64,000 bases of DNA from Mobula hypostoma (Eukaryota), in contig NC_086108.1 of assembly GCF_963921235.1 (NCBI RefSeq), positions 25,730,001 through 25,794,000 on the forward strand, read 5' to 3'. The first letter of the stretch is position 1, and every line of letters starts with the position of its first letter. Under the pieces are notes generated by a model. The model did not search any database. It worked only from the letters and a program-made list of their open reading frames with translations, and had not been told where the DNA came from. Shown one piece after another: positions 25,401 to 36,777 of the stretch. A program made the position numbers and the translations under genes.

Positions 25401-26251
25401 CTCGTTCAGCGATCCAGTGAAAAGGAAATCCTGCAATTCATCTCAAGTTCAAAGACTCCATGAATTCCTGGACAATTTGGGTTGAGTACTTCATGTTTGT
25501 CAAAGAGAGTACCGATGGTCCTCATATGACACTCATACTTGAAGGTTTTTGGAGCCTCCCTCATCAGGCAATGATGCTGAGATACATCTGAGGATGTGCT
25601 GGGATGGGGTTGTGTCATTGGTGATGTAACCTGTGGTTATTGGATGCTTTGGGTCTTTCATCAACAGACACCCTCACCCAGGCAACCCAGCCAGGATTGA
25701 TCAGGCCCACGTTTGTGTCCCAGCAGCACTGGTCCATAGGTCACAGCTCTTGATACATAACTCTCTGGAGGCTGGCTCAGCAGCCTCTGTAATGCCAAGA
25801 AAAAAGTAGGTTCTGCAGAGTGAGCAGCCAGCAAATCCTCTACAACCCACCCCTACAGGCTGGTGTCATACCCTCCACCTAAATTATTCCTGCAGTTTCT
25901 GTTTCAAGCTTCCTTTAAATCAATCTCTGTGGCTTTGCTAGATGCATGACTGGTGGTGCCAGGTAACAATCACTTCCAGGGCAAAATGGAGTTTCCTCAC
26001 AAGATGTATGCACACCGCCCAGCTTCCCTTCAGGTAATATTGTGATGCTGAACAGGATTCATTCGGTACGTAATGTATTAAGGGCTTTAGGAGCAACAGT
26101 TGCTCAGCAAGCGTGAGTGATCTTGGCCAAATTTGAAATGCTGTTTTGCTTTAGGGTCAAAGAGGTTGAGACAATTTGAACAAACAATTCAGTCTGGCTA
26201 CTTATTGATAACAGGATTTTATTTGAACTGAAACTGGAAAAGAACATCTGC

Positions 26252-26404
26252 AAACAACAAACATATATCTTACTTTCAAATCTCTCACTAACTCTTCCTT
26301 CAGTTAGTCCTGACGAAGGGTCTCGGCCTGAAACGTCGACTGTACCTCTTCCTAGAGATGCTACCTGGCCTGCTGCGTTCACCAGCAACTTTGATGTGTG
26401 TTGC
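26252..26404 (+). mobile_element. PLE pLTR fragment with hammerhead
   Basis: 13-bp TSD AAAGAACATCTGC at 26239-26251 and 26405-26417. Confidence 0.88.
26306..26341 (+). ncRNA. Minimal type I hammerhead ribozyme, intact core
   Basis: AGTC-CTGACGA-AGGGTCTCGGCCT-GAAA-CGTC-GACT; predicted cleavage after C26337. Confidence 0.85.
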
Positions 26405-26540
26405 AAAGAACATCTGCGCTTACTATGCAATCCCATATCCAGGCATCCTGCCAAGATTGATTAATTGATTGATTCAACCAACACACATCAAAGTTGCTGG
26501 TGAACGCAGCAGGCCAAGCAGCATCTATAGGAAGAGGCGC

Positions 26541-26576
26541 AGTCGACGTTTCAGGCCGAGACCCTTCGTCAGGACT
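26541..26576 (-). ncRNA. Minimal type I hammerhead ribozyme, intact core
   Basis: Exact reverse complement of the 26306-26341 motif. Confidence 0.85.
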
Positions 26577-26874
26577 AACTGAAGGAAGAGTGAGTAAGGG
26601 ATTTGAAAGCTGGAGGGGGAGGGGGAGATGCAAAATGATAGGAGAAGACAGGAGGGGGAGGGATAGAGCCGAGAGCTGGACAGGTGATAGGCGAAAGGGG
26701 ATACGAGAGGATCATGGGACAGGAGGTCCGGGAAGAAAGACAAGGGGGGGGGGTGACCCAGAGGATGGGCAAGAGGTATATTCAGAGGGACAGTGGGAGA
26801 AAAAGGAGAGTGAGAGAAAGAATGTGTGCATAAAAATGAGTAACAGATGGGGTACGAGGGGGAGGTGGGGCATG

Positions 26875-27896
26875 AGCGGAAGTTAGAGAAGTCGATGTTC
26901 ATGCCATCAGGTTGGAGGCTACCCAGACGGAATATAAGGTGTTGTTCCTCCAACCTGAGTGTGGCTTCATCTTTACAGTAGAGGAGGCCGTGGATAGACA
27001 TGTCAGAATGGGAATGGGATGTGGAATTAAAATGTGTGGCCACTGGGAGATCCTGCTTTCTCTGGCGGACAGAGCGTAGATGTTCAGCAAAGCGGTCTCC
27101 CAGTCTGCGTCGGGTCTCACCAATATATAAAAGGCCACATCGGGAGCACCGGACGCAGTATATCACCCCAGTCGACTCACAGGTGAAGTGATGCCTCACC
27201 TGGAAGGACTGTTTGGGGCCCTGAATGGTGGTAAGGGAGGAAGTGTAAGGGCATGTGTAGCACTTGTTCCGCTTACACAGATAAGTGCCAGGAGGGAGAT
27301 CAGTGGGGAGGGATGGGGGGGACGAATGGACAAGGGAGTTGTGTAGGGAGCGATCCCTGCGGAATGCAGAGAGGGGGGGAGGGAAAGATGTGCTTAGTGG
27401 TGGGATCCCGTTGGAGGTGGCAGAAGTTACGGAGAATAATATGTTGGACCCGGAGGCTGATGGGGTGGTAGGTGAGGACCAGGGGAACCCTATTCCTAGT
27501 GGGGTGGCGGGAGGATGGAGTGAGAGCAGATGTACGTGAAATGGGGGAAATACGTTTAAGAGCAGAGTTGATAGTGGAGGAAGGGAAGCCCCTTTCTTTA
27601 AAAAATGAAGACATCTCCCTCGTCCTAGAATGAAAAGCCTCATCCTGAGAGCAGATGCGGCGGAGACGGAGGAATTGTGAGAAGGGGATGGTGTTTTTGC
27701 AAGAGACAGGGTGAGAAGAGGAATAGTCCAGATAGCTGTGAGAGTCAGTAGGCTTATAGTAGACATCAGTGGATAAGCTGTCTCCAGAGACAGAGACAGA
27801 AAGATCTAGAAAGAGGAGGGAGGTGTCGGAAATGGACCAGGTAAACTTGAGGGCAGGGTGAAAGTTGGAGGCAAAGTTAATAAAGTCAACGAGTTC
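26875..27896 (-). pseudogene. PLE RT-thumb plus GIY-YIG endonuclease ORF, frameshifted near 27370
   Basis: ORF 27300-27614 (MSSFFKERGFP...) continues in the frame of ORF 26525-27766; native stop TAA is TCA here (compare CGCTAATGCC at 14480). Confidence 0.88.
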
Positions 27897-28170
27897 TGAT
27901 TGATTGATTGATTTAGAGATACATCGCAGAACAGGCCCTATGAGCTAAAGTGCCCAGCAAACCATCTATTTACCCCAAGCCTAAACACAGGACAATTTAC
28001 AATGACCAATTAATCTACTAATCAGTACACCTCTGGAATGTGGAAGGAAACTAGAGCACTCAGAGGAAACACACATTCTCATGGGAAGGATGTACAAACT
28101 TCTTCCAGATAGCATCAGAGATCAGAGATCAACTCTGAATTCCGGCAGCCTGAGCTATAATAGTGTCGTC
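27897..28170 (-). mobile_element. HE1-like V-SINE
   Basis: GGACAATTTACAATGACCAATTAA...TGTGG.AGGAAAC.AGAGCAC core shared with the other copies in the window. Confidence 0.8.
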
Positions 28171-28414
28171 TGACAAATGGGGGTACAATTACACACAGAG
28201 GTTATTACAAGTGGTCAGCTGAACAACGGAGTAATGGGCTTGAAGGAGGTGAAGCAACAACACTTTCCAGGCTTACAAGTGTATGGTACTAGAGAGAGGA
28301 ATTAAACTGGGATGACTATAGGCAAGAAGCCCCCTCATTTGTGTCTGCTTGTGTATATGCCTTGTTTCTGACTATATGTCAGTGAACTACATTGTATTTC
28401 TTTAAACCAATGAG

Positions 28415-30519
28415 AAAGAATCTAGCCAAAGTTGATTGGAAGGGGACACTAGCGGGGATGATGGCAGAACACCAATAGCTAAAGCTTCTGGGATCAATTT
28501 GGATGGCCCAGGATAGACACATCCCAAAAATGAAAAAGTATTCTAAAGGGAGGCTGAAGCAACTGTGGCTGACAAGGGAAGCCAAAGAAAGCATAAAAGC
28601 AAAAGAGAGGGTAAATAATATAGCAAAAATTAGCAAGAAGTTAGAGGATCGGAAAGCTTTTAAAAATCAACAGAAGGCAACTATAAAAACCATAAGGAGA
28701 GAAAAGATGAAATACGAAGTTAAGCCAGTCAATAATATCAACGTGGATACAATTTTTTTCAGATATATAAAGAGTAAGGGATAGGCAAGAGTGGATATTT
28801 ATACTGTTAGAAAATGACACTGGAGAAGTAGTACTAGGGAACAAGGAAATGGCAGACAAACTAATTAAGTGCTTTGTATCAGTCTTCACTGTGGAGGACA
28901 TTAGCAATATCCCAGAAATTCCAAAGTGAGTTTAGTTGCTATTGATAAGGAGAAGCTGCTTGGGAAGCTGAAAGGTCTGAAGGTAGATTAGTTACCTGGA
29001 CTGGATGGACTACACCCTAGGGTTCTAAAGAGGTAGCAGAAGAGATTGTGGAGGCATTAGTAATGATCTTTCGTGAATCACTAGATTCTGGAATGTTTCT
29101 AGAGGACTGGAAAATTGCCAATATCACTCCACTCTTCAGAAAGAAAGGGAAGCTGAAGAAAAGAAATTATTGGCCAGTTAGCTTGACTTCAGTGGTTGAG
29201 AAGATGATCGAGTCCATTATTAAGGATGAGGTTTTGGGATACTTGATAAAGTTGGCCAAATTTAGCACATTTCCTTAATGGGAAGTTTTGCTGACAAATT
29301 TGTTGGAATTCTTTGGGGAAATAACAGGCAGCACAGACAAAAAAAGAGTTGGTAGATGTTGTTTATTTGGAGTTTAGGAAAGCCTTTGACAAAGTGCTGC
29401 ACATGAGACTGCTTAACAAGATAAGAGCCAATGATATTACAGGAAAGATACTAACATGGATAGAAGATTGGCTGACTGGCAGGTGGCAAAGAGCAGGAAG
29501 AAAGAGAGCCTTTTCCGGTTGGCTGTTGGTGGCTAGTGGTGTTCCATAAGGGTCAGTGTTGGAACTGCTTCTCTTCACGCTATATGTTAATAATTTGGAT
29601 GATGGAATTGATGGTTTTGTGGCTAAGTTTGCTGATGGTACAAAGATAGATGGAGAGGCACATAGAGTTGAGGAAGCAGGGAGTCTGCAGGAGGACTTAC
29701 ACAAATTGGGAAAATAGGCAATTAAGTGGCAGATAGAATATAGTGTAGGGAAGTGTGTGGTCATGCAGTTTGGTAGAAGGAATGAAGCCATAGGCTATTT
29801 TCTAAATGGGGAGAAAATTCAAAATTCAGAAATGCAAAGGGACTTAGGAGTCTTTCTCAGGATTCCTTAAGGCTTTAGTTGCTGGTTAAGTCGATGGTAA
29901 GGAAGGCAAATACAAACGTACAATGTAAGTATTCATTTCAAGAGGACTAGAATGTAAAAGCAAAAATTTGATGCTAAGGCTTTATAAGGCATTGATCAGA
30001 CTATACTTGGAGTATTGTGAGCAATTTTAGACCCCTTATCTAAGAAGAGATGTGCTTGCATTGCAGAGGGTCCAGTGGAGGTTCACGAGAATGTTTCTAG
30101 GAGAGAAAGGGTTAACATATGAAGAACACTTAATAGCTCCGTGCCGGTACTCACTGAGTGTAGAAGAATGAGGGGAGAATCTCATTGAAACCTTTTGAAT
30201 ATTGAAAGGCTATGACAGAATGGGTGTGGAAAGAATGGGTACTATAGTGGATGAACGCGGGACCAGAGAGCATTTAAAACAGAGGTGAGAAAGAATTTCT
30301 TTAGCCAGAGGGTGATAGATCTGTGGAATTCATTGAGGAGGCCAAGTCATTGAATATATTTAAAACAGTGGTTGATAGGTTTTTAGTAAGTCAGAGCGTC
30401 AAAGGTTACAAGGTTAAGGCAGGAGAATGGGTTGAGAAGGATAATAAATCACCCATGATGGAATAGCGGGGAAGACTGGGCTGAGTGGCCTAATTCTGCT
30501 CCTATGTCTTATGGTCTTA
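28415..30519 (+). mobile_element. Degenerate CR1 LINE (pre-RT, RT and 3' UTR)
   Basis: ORFs 29048-29278 (EDWKIANITPLF...VSLTSV) and 29349-29549 (AFDKV...SGVP); tail TCTTATGGTCTT. Confidence 0.93.
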
Positions 30520-30554
30520 AACCAAATATAAGCAATTTGTCCTGAAACTTTGAA

Positions 30555-30890
30555 TCAACAAGCAACGAATAATCTTTTGGAAAAATTCAATGGGTCAGTC
30601 AGCATCTATGGTAGGAAATTAATTGTTGACATTTCAGGTTAAAACCCAGCATCATGACTAAAGCTGCAGAGGGGAGAAAGCCAGAAAAAATTGCAGGGGG
30701 TGAGTAGTGAGACTAAGGAGCCTGAGGTGATTAATGGAGTGGTGGGTGGGGGTTGTGGATGATGGATAATAGGCAAATCGAACCAGGCATGGGAGATAAG
30801 TGGGAGCTGGGCGACAGAGCAGGTAGATGATAGATGGATGATACAAAAAAAAGGAAGACTGAGCCAGGAGCGGGAGGGCAGAGTGAAAGT
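30555..30890 (-). mobile_element. Old PLE terminal fragment
   Basis: CAGCATCTATGG...GTTGACATTTCAGG decayed hammerhead region plus purine-rich tract. Confidence 0.55.
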
Positions 30891-31215
30891 AAAGAATTCC
30901 TTTGAATTATTTGTTCCATTTATGAAGTTTGAAACAAATGCTGTAATGACAATATTAGACTAGAGGTATCTTACATATTAAGCATGGTTGAAATGAAGGT
31001 CATGTCATTGACTTTATGGTTCTCAAACTATGCATTGTTGATTTTTTTCCAGAGACACATGTCCAAGTATGTTGTAAGCATATTGGCTGTGATTGTAAAC
31101 CACTAAACCAGATCACCAGGTCTTGACACTGCAGTTCCTGCTTTCCACCAAACCCAGACTTATCCCTGTGATCTCTCCATCCTTCCCTTCCCTGCATCAT
31201 AAAGTCTTCAGTCTG

Positions 31216-31298
31216 GAGACACAAGAGGCTGCAGATGCTGGAATCTGGACCAACAAACAATCTGCTGGAGGAACTCAACAGGTTAGCAATATCTGTGG
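31216..31298 (-). mobile_element. PLE pLTR tail fragment
   Basis: GCAGATGCTGGAATC...CTGCTGGAGGAACTCA, similar to 24320-24390. Confidence 0.6.
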
Positions 31299-31304
31299 TT
31301 TCTT

Positions 31305-31590
31305 TTATTTATAATTAATTATTTACAGGTGCAGCGTGAAACAGACCCTTCTGGCCCAACAAGCCACATCACCCACACATCGATTTAACCCTAGCCTAAT
31401 AGCAGGACAATTTTCAATGATCAATTAACCTACTAACTGGTATGTCTTTGGAATGTGGGAGGAAACCAGAGCACCCAGAGGCAACCTATGCAGTCACGGG
31501 GAGAACGTACAAACTCCTTCTAGAGGACGCTGGAATTGAACTTCCCACACTACGTAATAGTGTTGCACTAACTGCTACACTACTGTGATG
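31305..31590 (-). mobile_element. HE1-like V-SINE
   Basis: Core TGTGGGAGGAAACCAGAGCACCC; tRNA-like head near 31530-31590. Confidence 0.8.
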
Positions 31591-32376
31591 CCCCATGGGA
31601 AAGTAATTTTTAACATTCCTAGCCTGCAGGTATAGATTGGTATAAGCCAACAACACTTTTTAAGAAAATACTTTTCTCTCTCTCACTTCCCTTCATACTT
31701 TACCATATATATTTATTAAGGTCAACATGAAGTTTGATGAAATTCAAGATAACAAGGTATGTGTTAGTACTCAGTTCTATCTCCACTGCCTTGTTGTTAC
31801 TCTGTGCTCTATTTTGTAAGGAAAAGGCAGTCCCAACAAAGTATATGTGGGTCAGCATATGAAGAATGAGTCACTAGAAAGCAGGGAAGTTGGTAAAAAA
31901 AATCAAATGAAAGCTGGGTAGATAACACAGGTTGAAACTATATTCAGGAAGAATTTCAATTTAATTCTCCCTTGACAGCACAGAAGTAGGTTAGATTCAC
32001 CTGGCTGATTATGTTACACTGTGCAAGTATCTCACATCTCAAGCAAAGTGTTTAACTTTTCAGGCCCGGTATGAAATTGAGTATAACAAGCAAAACCTCA
32101 TTACAGTCTACTATTGTGTGGATTGCCTTGACTAATTGTCTTAGTTCATGAGTACAAGCGCCTATGTCAGCTAGATGATTCAGTGTGGGAAGTAAATAGG
32201 CAGAGTAGTGCCTTTTTTTGTGAGCATAATGAGGTCCCTTAAGACTTCAAAATGGCCTTAGTAGCATTGAGCACCCAAAGAGAGGGCGTCAAGAAGGCAC
32301 ATTACAGAGTCAAACAGTGTACAATACCAAGTTGACTCATTTATGGCTATCTATGGATCTTCTTATTTTGATTTTA

Positions 32377-32869
32377 GGTTGTATTGAGAGCATCCTGAGC
32401 AACTGCATCACTGCCTGGTTCGGAAATTGCACCATCTCAGGTCGCAAAACCCTCCAGCGGATAGTAAGGTCATCTGAGAAGATCATTGGGGTCTCTCCTT
32501 CCGCCATTAGAGACACTTACACCACATGCTGCATCCGTAAGGCAAACAAAATTATAAAGGACCCCACGCATCCCTCATACAAACTCTTCTCCCTCCTGCC
32601 ATGTGGCAAAAGATACCGAAGTATTCGGGCTCTCACGACCAGACTATATAACAGTTTCTTCCCCCAAGTCATCAGACTCCTCAATACCCGGAGCCTGGAC
32701 TGACACCAACCTACTGCCCTCTACTGTGCATATAGTGTCGTTTTTGTATTGTTCATGTAGCACCATCGTCCAGAAAAACGTTGTCTCATTTTTACTGTGT
32801 ACTGTACTAGCAGTTATGGTCGAAATGACAATAAAAAGTGACTTGACTGGACTTGACTTGACTTGACTC
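32377..32869 (+). mobile_element. Rex1/Babar LINE 3' end with (GACTT)n tail
   Basis: ORF 32317-32703 IESILSNCITAWFGNC...DPTHP...NSFFPQVIRLLN. Confidence 0.9.
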
Positions 32870-32990
32870 ACGTATACACCTGATTCTCATCTATACTATT
32901 TCAAAGGATCATAAATTTCTTTCAGATTACTTGTGCTTATTTGCCTCTGCAATTTTGTGTATTTGGAGAACTTTGCCATGTGTTGAGAAA

Positions 32991-33279
32991 TAAAATTCAA
33001 TAGTCTGAGGGAGTAGTCTAACACTGATATTTTTGTCAAATAATTTGGTAATTTAGATAGTTATGAACAAATCAGTTCCTTCCAAGAGAAGGATAGCTTA
33101 AAATCTTTTGTTTAGAATTAGCCATGACTGAGGAATGAGCAGAGGTCGTTTGAATTCTAAGTCGAAGCATAAGTAGAGGCACATGTAGGTATATGCGCTG
33201 TGAAAAATTTGCTGCATCAGCCTCAAAGGCACATAACAGCACCTACGTGATATTCACAAGCAAAATAAAAACTAACAAC
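32991..33279 (+). repeat. ~290-bp local direct duplication, copy 1 (donor)
   Basis: Collinear match to 36008-36295. Confidence 0.9.
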
Positions 33280-33306
33280 ATAAATATTACATTCCTTCAA
33301 TCATAG

Positions 33307-35782
33307 TGTCATGGTCCAGTCCGTGAAGTCTACATTCCAGTTTGCGGTCCGGTCCATCGTTTCTTATTCCAGTTTTCCCAGTTTTCCCTTGTTCTTTTGG
33401 GTGCTCTAATTGAGGCACCTGATTCTCGTTTGGGCTGGAATTCATAAATAGCTCCTGGATTCAGCTTCAGTTGCTGGACTGTTCCCTCCCCTTCCCCTTC
33501 CTTCTGAAACCTCGCCTGCTACCTTCGCTTGTGTCCTCGCCTGTAACGCTTTCAGGTTCAACTGCCAGGGCAAGATCAGGGCCTTGCTGTGTCTAGATTA
33601 GGAACTGTCTTTCGTTGTTTGGAACTGTCTCTTTGTGTCCTTGCCTTCGCTAGGTAGGTCCAGCTGTTTGCAGCTACCTTGAGTTGGGAACCACCTCTGT
33701 GTCCATGCCTTTGCTAGGCAGATCTTGCTGTTTGCCGCTATCTTTTGTTGGGAACCGTCTCTTTGTGCCCTCGCCTCCGCTGAGTAAGTCTGGCTGTTTG
33801 CCGCTACCTTGAGTGGAGATCTGTCTCTCAGTGTTCTGTGTATGCGTCCCGGCCCTACGTCCTGCTCCCTAGGAGAGGTCCTAAATCTGTGTAGAATCCC
33901 GGCCCCAAGTCCCGTTCCCAAGGAGGGGTCCTGGCTCTGTGTTCAATGTTCCTGTCCTCCCTCGATCAAGCTCTGTGTTCCTGTCCTCCCTCGACCAAGT
34001 CAAGCCTTCGTGTTCCCGTTCTGTCCATGTCCCTCGCCCAGCCCAGGAGTACCTCGCCCAGCCCGGTGCTGGGGTTCCCTCATACTCTGCGGGAGTTCCA
34101 CATCCAGTCATGTAGCCATGTCTTGTCCTTGCCTAGATCTGGAGTCCGAGCCCAAGTCAAGACCCAGGTTTCGGGTCCCTGTCCAGTCTCTGGCTTGGAG
34201 TCCTCGTCCGGGTTCCAAGTTCCTAGATCCACATCCAGGTTTCACGTTCCTAGTCTAGTCCTAGCCCAGGCCCTGTATCCTAGCCTCATCCAGGGCCTGT
34301 GTCTTGTCCAGTATTGTTTCTTCCCCACTTACCTTGCTTGCTTGACACAGCTAGTCCTGTTCCAAGTACTTCAGTGTCTGTGTCCTGCATTTGAGTCTGC
34401 TCCTAGTGCCCCCAGTATGATAGAATAGTCCAGTCAAGCATAGACCCAACGACACAGACACTGTCATTGTACTCTCGCTATCTTGGTTTCCCTCCTGTTG
34501 AATGCACCCCCCTCCCACCCGCCCGTGTCGTCCATTGTCTGAGATTGCCTGTTTGGTTGCCAGGAGACTCCCATAGTGGGTGTGGTACTGTAATGGTCCG
34601 GTCCGTGAAGACGGAATTCCAGTTCACGGTCCAGTCTATCATTCCTTATTCCAGGTTTTCCGGTTTTCCCTTGTTCTGTTGGGTACTCTAATTGAGGCAC
34701 CTGATTCTCATTTGGGGTGGCTTCATAAATAGCTCCTGGGTTCAGCTTCAGTTGCTGGACTGTTCCCTCCCCTTCCCCTTCCTTCTGAAGCCTTGCCTGG
34801 TACTTTCGCCTGAAGCCTTGCCTGCTACCTTCACCTGAAGCCTCGTCTGTAACACTGTCAGGTTCAACCGCCAGGGCAAGATTGGGGCCTTGCAGTATCT
34901 AGATAAGGAACTGTCTTTTGTTGCTTGGAACTGTCTCTTCGCGTCCTCACCTTTGCTAGGTAGGTCTGGCCGTTTGCCGCTACCCTGAGTTGGAAATTGT
35001 CTCTGTGTCCATGCCTTCGCTAGGTAGGTCTGGCCGTTTGCTGCTACCTTGAGTTGGAAATTGTCTCTGTGTCCATGCCTTCGCTAGGTAGGTCTGGCTG
35101 TTTGCCGTTATCTTGTGTTGGGAACCATCTCTTTGTGCCCTTGCCTCCGCTGTGTAGATCCAGCCGTTTGCTGCTACCTTGAGTGGAGATCTGTCTCTCA
35201 GTGTTCTGTGTATGAGTCCCGGCCCTATGTCCTGCTCTCTAGGAGGGGTCCTGACTCTGTGTAGAGCTCCGGCCCCAAGTCCTGTTCCCAAGGAGGGGCC
35301 CAGCTCTGTGTTCCATGTTCCTGTTCTCCCTTGACCAAGTCAAGGCTTCATGTTTTCATCCTGTCCATGTGCCTCGCCCAGCCCAGGAGTACCTCACCCA
35401 GCCTGGTGCTGGGGTTCCCTCGTCCTGTACTGGGATTCACTCATACTCTGCAGGAGTTCCACGTCCAGTCCTGTAGCATGTCTTGTCCTCGCCTAGATCT
35501 GGAGTCCGAGCCCAAGTCAAGACTCAGGTTCTGGGTCCCTGTCCAGTCTCTGGATCAGAGTCCTTGTCCAGGTTCCAAGTTTCTAGTTTCTCGTCCAGGT
35601 CTCGCTTTCCTAGTCTAGTCCTAGCCCAGGCCCGGTATCCTAACCTCGTCCATGGCCTGTGTCTTGTCCAGCATCGTTTCTTCCCCACTTCCCTTGCTTG
35701 CTTGACACAGCTAGTCCTGTTCCTAGTACTTCAGTGTCTGTGTCCTGCATTTGGGTCCACTCCCAGCGCCCCCAGTATGACA
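33307..35782 (+). mobile_element. Non-autonomous Gypsy (Tf1/sushi-like) LTR element: LTR 33307-34422, interior 34423-34588, LTR 34589-35782
   Basis: TGT...ACA ends; 5-bp TSD CATAG at 33302-33306 and 35783-35787; PPT-like GTGGGTGTGGTAC; PPARVV integrase remnant. Confidence 0.9.
33443..33484 (+). promoter_or_regulatory. LTR TATA-like box and predicted self-primer
   Basis: CATAAATA at 33443-33450; CTGGACTGTTC at 33474-33484 is complementary to 34423-34433; same motifs at 34724 and 34755. Confidence 0.65.
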
Positions 35783-36007
35783 CATAGGCAAAGGTTGTTG
35801 CTGCTTATTGTCACATGTAGCGAGTTACAGCGATACTTCCCATCCCATCCAGGAAGATCATGTTGAATATAGAGGATGGTGATTCAATGGCATTCATTGC
35901 TACAGTCTGCTGGGGAGGCCAAATCCATAAGTCCAACAGACATAAGAGCAGAATTAGGCCAATTGGCCCATCAAATCTGTTCCTCCATTCCATCATGGGT
36001 GATGGAG

Positions 36008-36295
36008 TAAAATTCAATATCTAAGGGAGTAGTCTAACACTGATATTTTTGTTAAATAATTTGGTAATTTAGGTAGTTGTGAACAAATCAGTTCCTTCCA
36101 AGAGAAGGATAGCTTAAAATCTCTTGGTTGGAATTGGCCAGGACAGAGGAATGAGCAGAGGTAATTTGAATTCCAAGTCGAAGCCTAAGCTGAGGCACAT
36201 GTATGCATATGTGCTGTGAAAAATTTGCTGTATCAGCCTCACAGGCACATTACATCACCTACATGATATTCACAAGCGAAATAAAAACTAACAAC
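36008..36295 (+). repeat. ~290-bp local direct duplication, copy 2, inside a CR1 3' UTR
   Basis: Matches 32991-33279; CR1 sequence resumes at CAACCCCATTCTCC. Confidence 0.9.
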
Positions 36296-36777
36296 CCCAT
36301 TCTCCTTCTCTGTGTAACCTTTAATGTCTTGACTAATCCAAGACATATCAACCTCCGCTTTAAATATATTCAATGACTTGGTCTCCACAGTCATCCATGA
36401 TAATGAATTCCACAGATTCACCATCGTTGTTCTAAATGGATGTCACTCTATTCTGAGGTTGTGCCCTCTGGTATTAGTCTTATCCACTATAGGAAATGTC
36501 CTGTCCACATTCATTCTATCCAGGCCTTTCAATATTGAATAAGTTTCAATCAGATACCCCACAACCTCATTCTTCTAAACTCCGGTGAGTACTGATGCAG
36601 AGTCATCAAACACTCCTCATACTTGAACCCTATCATTCTCATGAATCTCTTCTGGACCCTCTCCAATGCCTGCACATTTTTCTTAGATATATGGGGTCCA
36701 AAACTGCTCACAATACTCCAATTATGGCCTGAGAGATGCCTTATAAAACCTCAAAATTACATCCTTGCTCGCATATT

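Larger units (their letters stand above)
26479..27896 (-). mobile_element. Young 5'-truncated Penelope-like element (Neptune-type), RT C-terminus, GIY-YIG endonuclease and pLTR
   Basis: CKRNKCYTC...FTC linker, VIYCVRC...LYIGETRRRLGDRFAEH, RLEEQHLI...GMN; (GATT)n on both sides. Confidence 0.95.

Noticed and set aside
25400..26100. Moderately GC-rich block (also 5010-5300) as an exon or unknown element
   Set aside because: No ORF, termini, TSD or second copy could be identified.
26525..27766. 413-aa ORF as an intact gene
   Set aside because: Only the middle is the true PLE frame. The N-terminus is out of frame and the C-terminus is read-through into the pLTR after a lost stop.
33600..33830. 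CRISPR-like repeat array
   Set aside because: Units are contiguous with no unique spacers, there are no cas genes, and the context is a vertebrate LTR.
33598..35866. Many 70-160 aa ORFs on both strands
   Set aside because: They lie in GC-rich repetitive LTR sequence, have no recognisable domains and are not conserved in frame between the two LTRs.
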